Shown in pieces: positions 61,376 to 64,000 of a stretch of DNA of 64,000 bases. This DNA comes from Candidatus Cloacimonadales bacterium. GTDB taxonomy: Bacteria; Cloacimonadota; Cloacimonadia; Cloacimonadales; JAIOQZ01. Position numbers and translations under genes: made by a program. The DNA is taken from positions 1,888,001-1,952,000 of the forward strand of contig CAXXTU010000002.1 in assembly GCA_963662655.2 (NCBI GenBank), written 5' to 3'. The stretch's first letter is position 1. Each line of letters begins with the position of its first letter. The notes under the pieces are model-generated. The model was given only the letters and a program-made list of their open reading frames with translations. It did no database searches and had not been told where the DNA came from.

Positions 61376-62290
61376 TCAATCGGCCCGAACATGTTCGGGC
61401 TTGGCCTTCTTCATGCGAATCCGCTGCGACAATATCCCGCCAACGATCAGCAGAAGCCCGGCGATCGTCGAACGGTGGATAGCCTCTCCCAGCACGATGT
61501 TGATGACGATCAGCGAAATGAACGGCGTGACGTACACAAGGTTCGCGATTCGAGCGGTGTGCTTCGCGATGCTGAGGGCTTTCATCCAAACGATGAAGGT
61601 CAGTCCCATTTCGAACAGCCCGATGTAGACATCGCCCGTGAGGCCTTTCAAGCCGGGCACATCGAGGCTCCCCGTCACGAAAAGGTAGACAAGGATGAAA
61701 ACGGTTCCGAATGCGAAGTTCAGAAAGAGCTTCAGCACCTCGTCACGGTGATCCCTGAGATTGAATATCCAGTACAACGCCCAAAGCAGCGAACTGCCCA
61801 CAGCAAGCAGTACCCCCGTAAGATTTGTGAAGCTCATGCTCGCGAAATTGCCCTTTACAGCGATGACGAACACACCGCTAAAGCTCAAGAGCGCTCCGAG
61901 AATCTCCATGACGGTCGTTTTCTTCCGCAGTAGCGGTATCGAGAGAAGCACCATCACCACACCCCAGGTGTAGTTCAGAACCTGCGCCTCCTGCGCAAGC
62001 AGCAGATCGTACGCCTTGAACAGTACTAGGTAATACGCAAAAGGATTGAGCAAACCCAAAATCGCTGAGCGGAACAGGTCCCCTGCCGATTGCTTTCCGA
62101 GAAGTCGCCACTTTCCCTGGAACGCAAGAACCGCCACCAGAAGCAGCGTGGATGTCAGGGCCGAGTACAGAAGCATCACCGCCGGCTCCTGATATCTCAA
62201 CGATACCTTGAACGCCGTCGAAACCGTCGACCACAGCGCTACCGCCATGAAGCCGTAGACGTAAGCAGCCCGATCCGATGTCTCTCGCAT
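61376..62290 (-). CDS. DMT/EamA-family transporter
   Basis: About 10 hydrophobic helices; 'LWSTVSTAFK', 'GLLNPFAYY..LFKAY', 'GLFEMG'. GGGAGG precedes ATG 62290; there is also an in-frame ATG at 62341. Confidence 0.9.
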   Translation of the reverse strand: MRETSDRAAYVYGFMAVALWSTVSTAFKVSLRYQEPAVMLLYSALTSTLLLVAVLAFQGKWRLLGKQSAGDLFRSAILGLLNPFAYYLVLFKAYDLLLAQEAQVLNYTWGVVMVLLSIPLLRKKTTVMEILGALLSFSGVFVIAVKGNFASMSFTNLTGVLLAVGSSLLWALYWIFNLRDHRDEVLKLFLNFAFGTVFILVYLFVTGSLDVPGLKGLTGDVYIGLFEMGLTFIVWMKALSIAKHTARIANLVYVTPFISLIVINIVLGEAIHRSTIAGLLLIVGGILSQRIRMKKAKPEHVRAD

Positions 62291-62372
62291 CAAACCTCCC
62301 AACATTGAATTACAAAAATCGATCAGCAAAATGGATTTCATTCTGTAAAGGGATTTCTCGTGAAATCATCGA

Positions 62373-62500
62373 AGCGTGAGCAGATTGGTTCGATCCCCGC
62401 CTGTGCAGGGTGTTCCACAGCCTTGCCGCCTTACATTATTCCATTCTCAAGGGTGTGGTATATCCCTGTACAGGCGGGGATCGGGCGAAGATGCCACGCT
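62373..62500 (+). ncRNA. Unidentified structured long-hairpin element, copy 2
   Basis: Homologous to 32590-32723, with compensatory stems. Confidence 0.6.
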
Positions 62501-62523
62501 GTACTCGAGCAGCAATAAAAAAA

Positions 62524-63870
62524 GGCACTGTTGCAAACTTAGTGGGTAAGTCGAAAAAAAGATTGAGAGGAATCACCCGATCTCGTACAATCTCCTAATC
62601 ACCACAACAAGGAGATAGAGATGAATGATCCTCTCAGAAAACAAGTCTGTAAAACGTTGTTGGCTTTGCAAGGTTATTCTGCCGACCAGATAATCGAAGG
62701 TACGTATCAAACTTATCCATGCATTGAAGTCCATGTTCGAAAGGAAGATGAGCCACGTTGTCCTACATGCGGTATTGTGGGAACAGTTTATGATCATCGA
62801 GTCCGCAAAATTCTTCATGCATCCATATCCTGTCGTCCCGTAGTACTTGTGCTGACGCTTCGCCGGATCAACTGCGCTCAGTGTGGAGTGAAAACTGAAC
62901 AACAGGATATTGCCGAGGGTCTCAATCGACACTCTAAAGACTTCGGCAATAAGGTTCTCCAGTTCACGCTTCGTTCAGACAATGCTTCTGTAGCACGGAT
63001 ATTCGGTGTGGATCGGAGTACGATTTATCGAATCGACAAAATTGAGTTATCCAAGTTGGAAAAGGGTTATAGAGGACGAGTTCCGAATGTCGATCAGATT
63101 GCAATTGACGAGATTGGTTATAAGCGAAGGCATAAGTATGCAACGGTTATCACAAACCATGAGGACGGGCGTGTGATCGACCTGACAATGGGCAAATCGA
63201 AAGAAAGTGCGAAGGAGTTGTTTCGAAAATACGAACGACGACTCCGCTGGATTGATACCGTAACAATGGATTTCAGTGGTTCATATATCGGCGCTGTTTC
63301 CGAGTGTTGGAGTGCCGATATGATCGTATTTGATCGTTTCCATTTCAGCCGCCTGGTCAACAGGAAAGTGGAAGAAGTACGACGAGAACTTCAGAGAGAT
63401 TTTGAATCTGACAAGTTGCGTCAGAGCAAGAAACACGACCGGTGGTTGGTTTTGACCAGAAAACACAATCACAAAGAAAACCATCAAGCCCGACTCAAGA
63501 AACTGGAGACGCTAAATCATCCCCTTTACGAAGCCTATTTGCTCAAAGAAGATTTACTATCGATTTTCGAAGACGATATTACGCAAGAAGAAGCGAAGCC
63601 GATGATTGAAGAGTGGTGCAGAGTTATTCAGAAAACCGTCTTCGAGCCACTGAAGGCACTTGCAAGAACGATTATGAAGAGATTGCATATTGTGTTGAAC
63701 TGGTTCAAGCATAGAATCACGAATGCCAAGGCAGAAGCGGTTAACAACGTCATTCGAACCATTATAAAGAGAGCGTATGGATACAAGGACTTCTCATACT
63801 TCAGATTGAAGGTTCTGCAATGTTGCGGATATCTGAATACCCATTCACCCACTTAATATGCAACAGTGCC
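62524..63870 (+). mobile_element. ISL3-family insertion sequence (1347 bp)
   Basis: IRL GGCACTGTTGCAAACTTAGTGGGT vs IRR GGCACTGTTGCATATTAAGTGGGT (21/24 match). 8-bp direct repeat TAAAAAAA at 62516-62523 and 63871-63878. Confidence 0.95.
62621..63856 (+). CDS. ISL3-family DDE transposase
   Basis: Zn finger CPTCG...CAQCG, 'IAIDE', 'VTMD', 'DRFH', 'TNAKAEAVNN...KRAYGY'. Confidence 0.95.
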   Translation: MNDPLRKQVCKTLLALQGYSADQIIEGTYQTYPCIEVHVRKEDEPRCPTCGIVGTVYDHRVRKILHASISCRPVVLVLTLRRINCAQCGVKTEQQDIAEGLNRHSKDFGNKVLQFTLRSDNASVARIFGVDRSTIYRIDKIELSKLEKGYRGRVPNVDQIAIDEIGYKRRHKYATVITNHEDGRVIDLTMGKSKESAKELFRKYERRLRWIDTVTMDFSGSYIGAVSECWSADMIVFDRFHFSRLVNRKVEEVRRELQRDFESDKLRQSKKHDRWLVLTRKHNHKENHQARLKKLETLNHPLYEAYLLKEDLLSIFEDDITQEEAKPMIEEWCRVIQKTVFEPLKALARTIMKRLHIVLNWFKHRITNAKAEAVNNVIRTIIKRAYGYKDFSYFRLKVLQCCGYLNTHSPT

Positions 63871-63902
63871 TAAAAAAAGGGACGGCACGGAGCCATCCCT
63901 TT
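63871..63902 (-). terminator. Rho-independent terminator whose U-tract is the ISL3 target
   Basis: Minus strand AAAGGGATGGC-TCCGT-GCCGTCCCTTTTTTTA. Confidence 0.8.
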
Positions 63903-63918
63903 CAAAATGCAGATTAAG

Positions 63919-64000
63919 TTATTTCATCAAAGCCATTTTACGTACCAGCGTCTGGTTGCCGGTGTTGAGCTTGTAGAAGTAGATTCCGCTTGAAACTTGA
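63919..64000 (-). CDS. 3' end of a secreted protein with a FlgD/T9SS-like CTD (partial)
   Basis: ...QVSSGIYFYKLNTGNQTLVRKMALMK*, matching the CTDs ending at 23349 and 26528. Confidence 0.85.
   Translation of the reverse strand, partial: QVSSGIYFYKLNTGNQTLVRKMALMK

Noticed and set aside
60434..61933. 499-aa + strand ORF
   Set aside because: Spans two well-supported minus-strand genes; no SD or recognisable domain.

Overview
A bacterial chromosomal window of mostly housekeeping genes. It is probably from Candidatus Cloacimonadota (WWE1) or a related FCB-group lineage. That is an inference from the C25 gingipain-like protein, the repeated 'NYPNPFNP...SSGVYF' FlgD/T9SS-like C-terminal domains and the Mrp/Mbx-type cluster. 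Left to right: an Mrp/Mbh/Mbx-type antiporter operon ending in a fused double-antiporter subunit that runs off the left edge; an HDOD protein and a TPR-PAS hybrid kinase; tldD-pmbA; an outer-membrane beta-barrel; an unannotated 59-aa CxxC...CxxC protein; CapA and TPR lipoproteins; aroA; two large secreted CTD proteins. A long minus-strand block follows: tRNA-Thr/Tyr/Gly/Thr, tuf, rpmG, tRNA-Trp, secE, nusG, rplKAJL, rpoBC, rpsL, rpsG, fusA, STAS, anti-sigma kinase, prmC, murA, mnmA, epimerase, comEC and GT9. The right end holds a two-component cluster with a sigma-54 activator and a degenerate kinase, HU/IHF, a secreted OB-fold protein, a DMT transporter and a complete ISL3 element with an 8-bp target duplication. 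The strongest novel signal is a ~130-nt structured element present twice (32590-32723 and 62373-62500), whose stems differ in sequence but keep their pairing. Also notable: a str-operon EF-G with degenerate domain IV loops, a C25 protease lacking the canonical His, a candidate sigma-54 promoter upstream of a pseudo-kinase, and several REP-like palindromes. No database searches or folding programs could be run.
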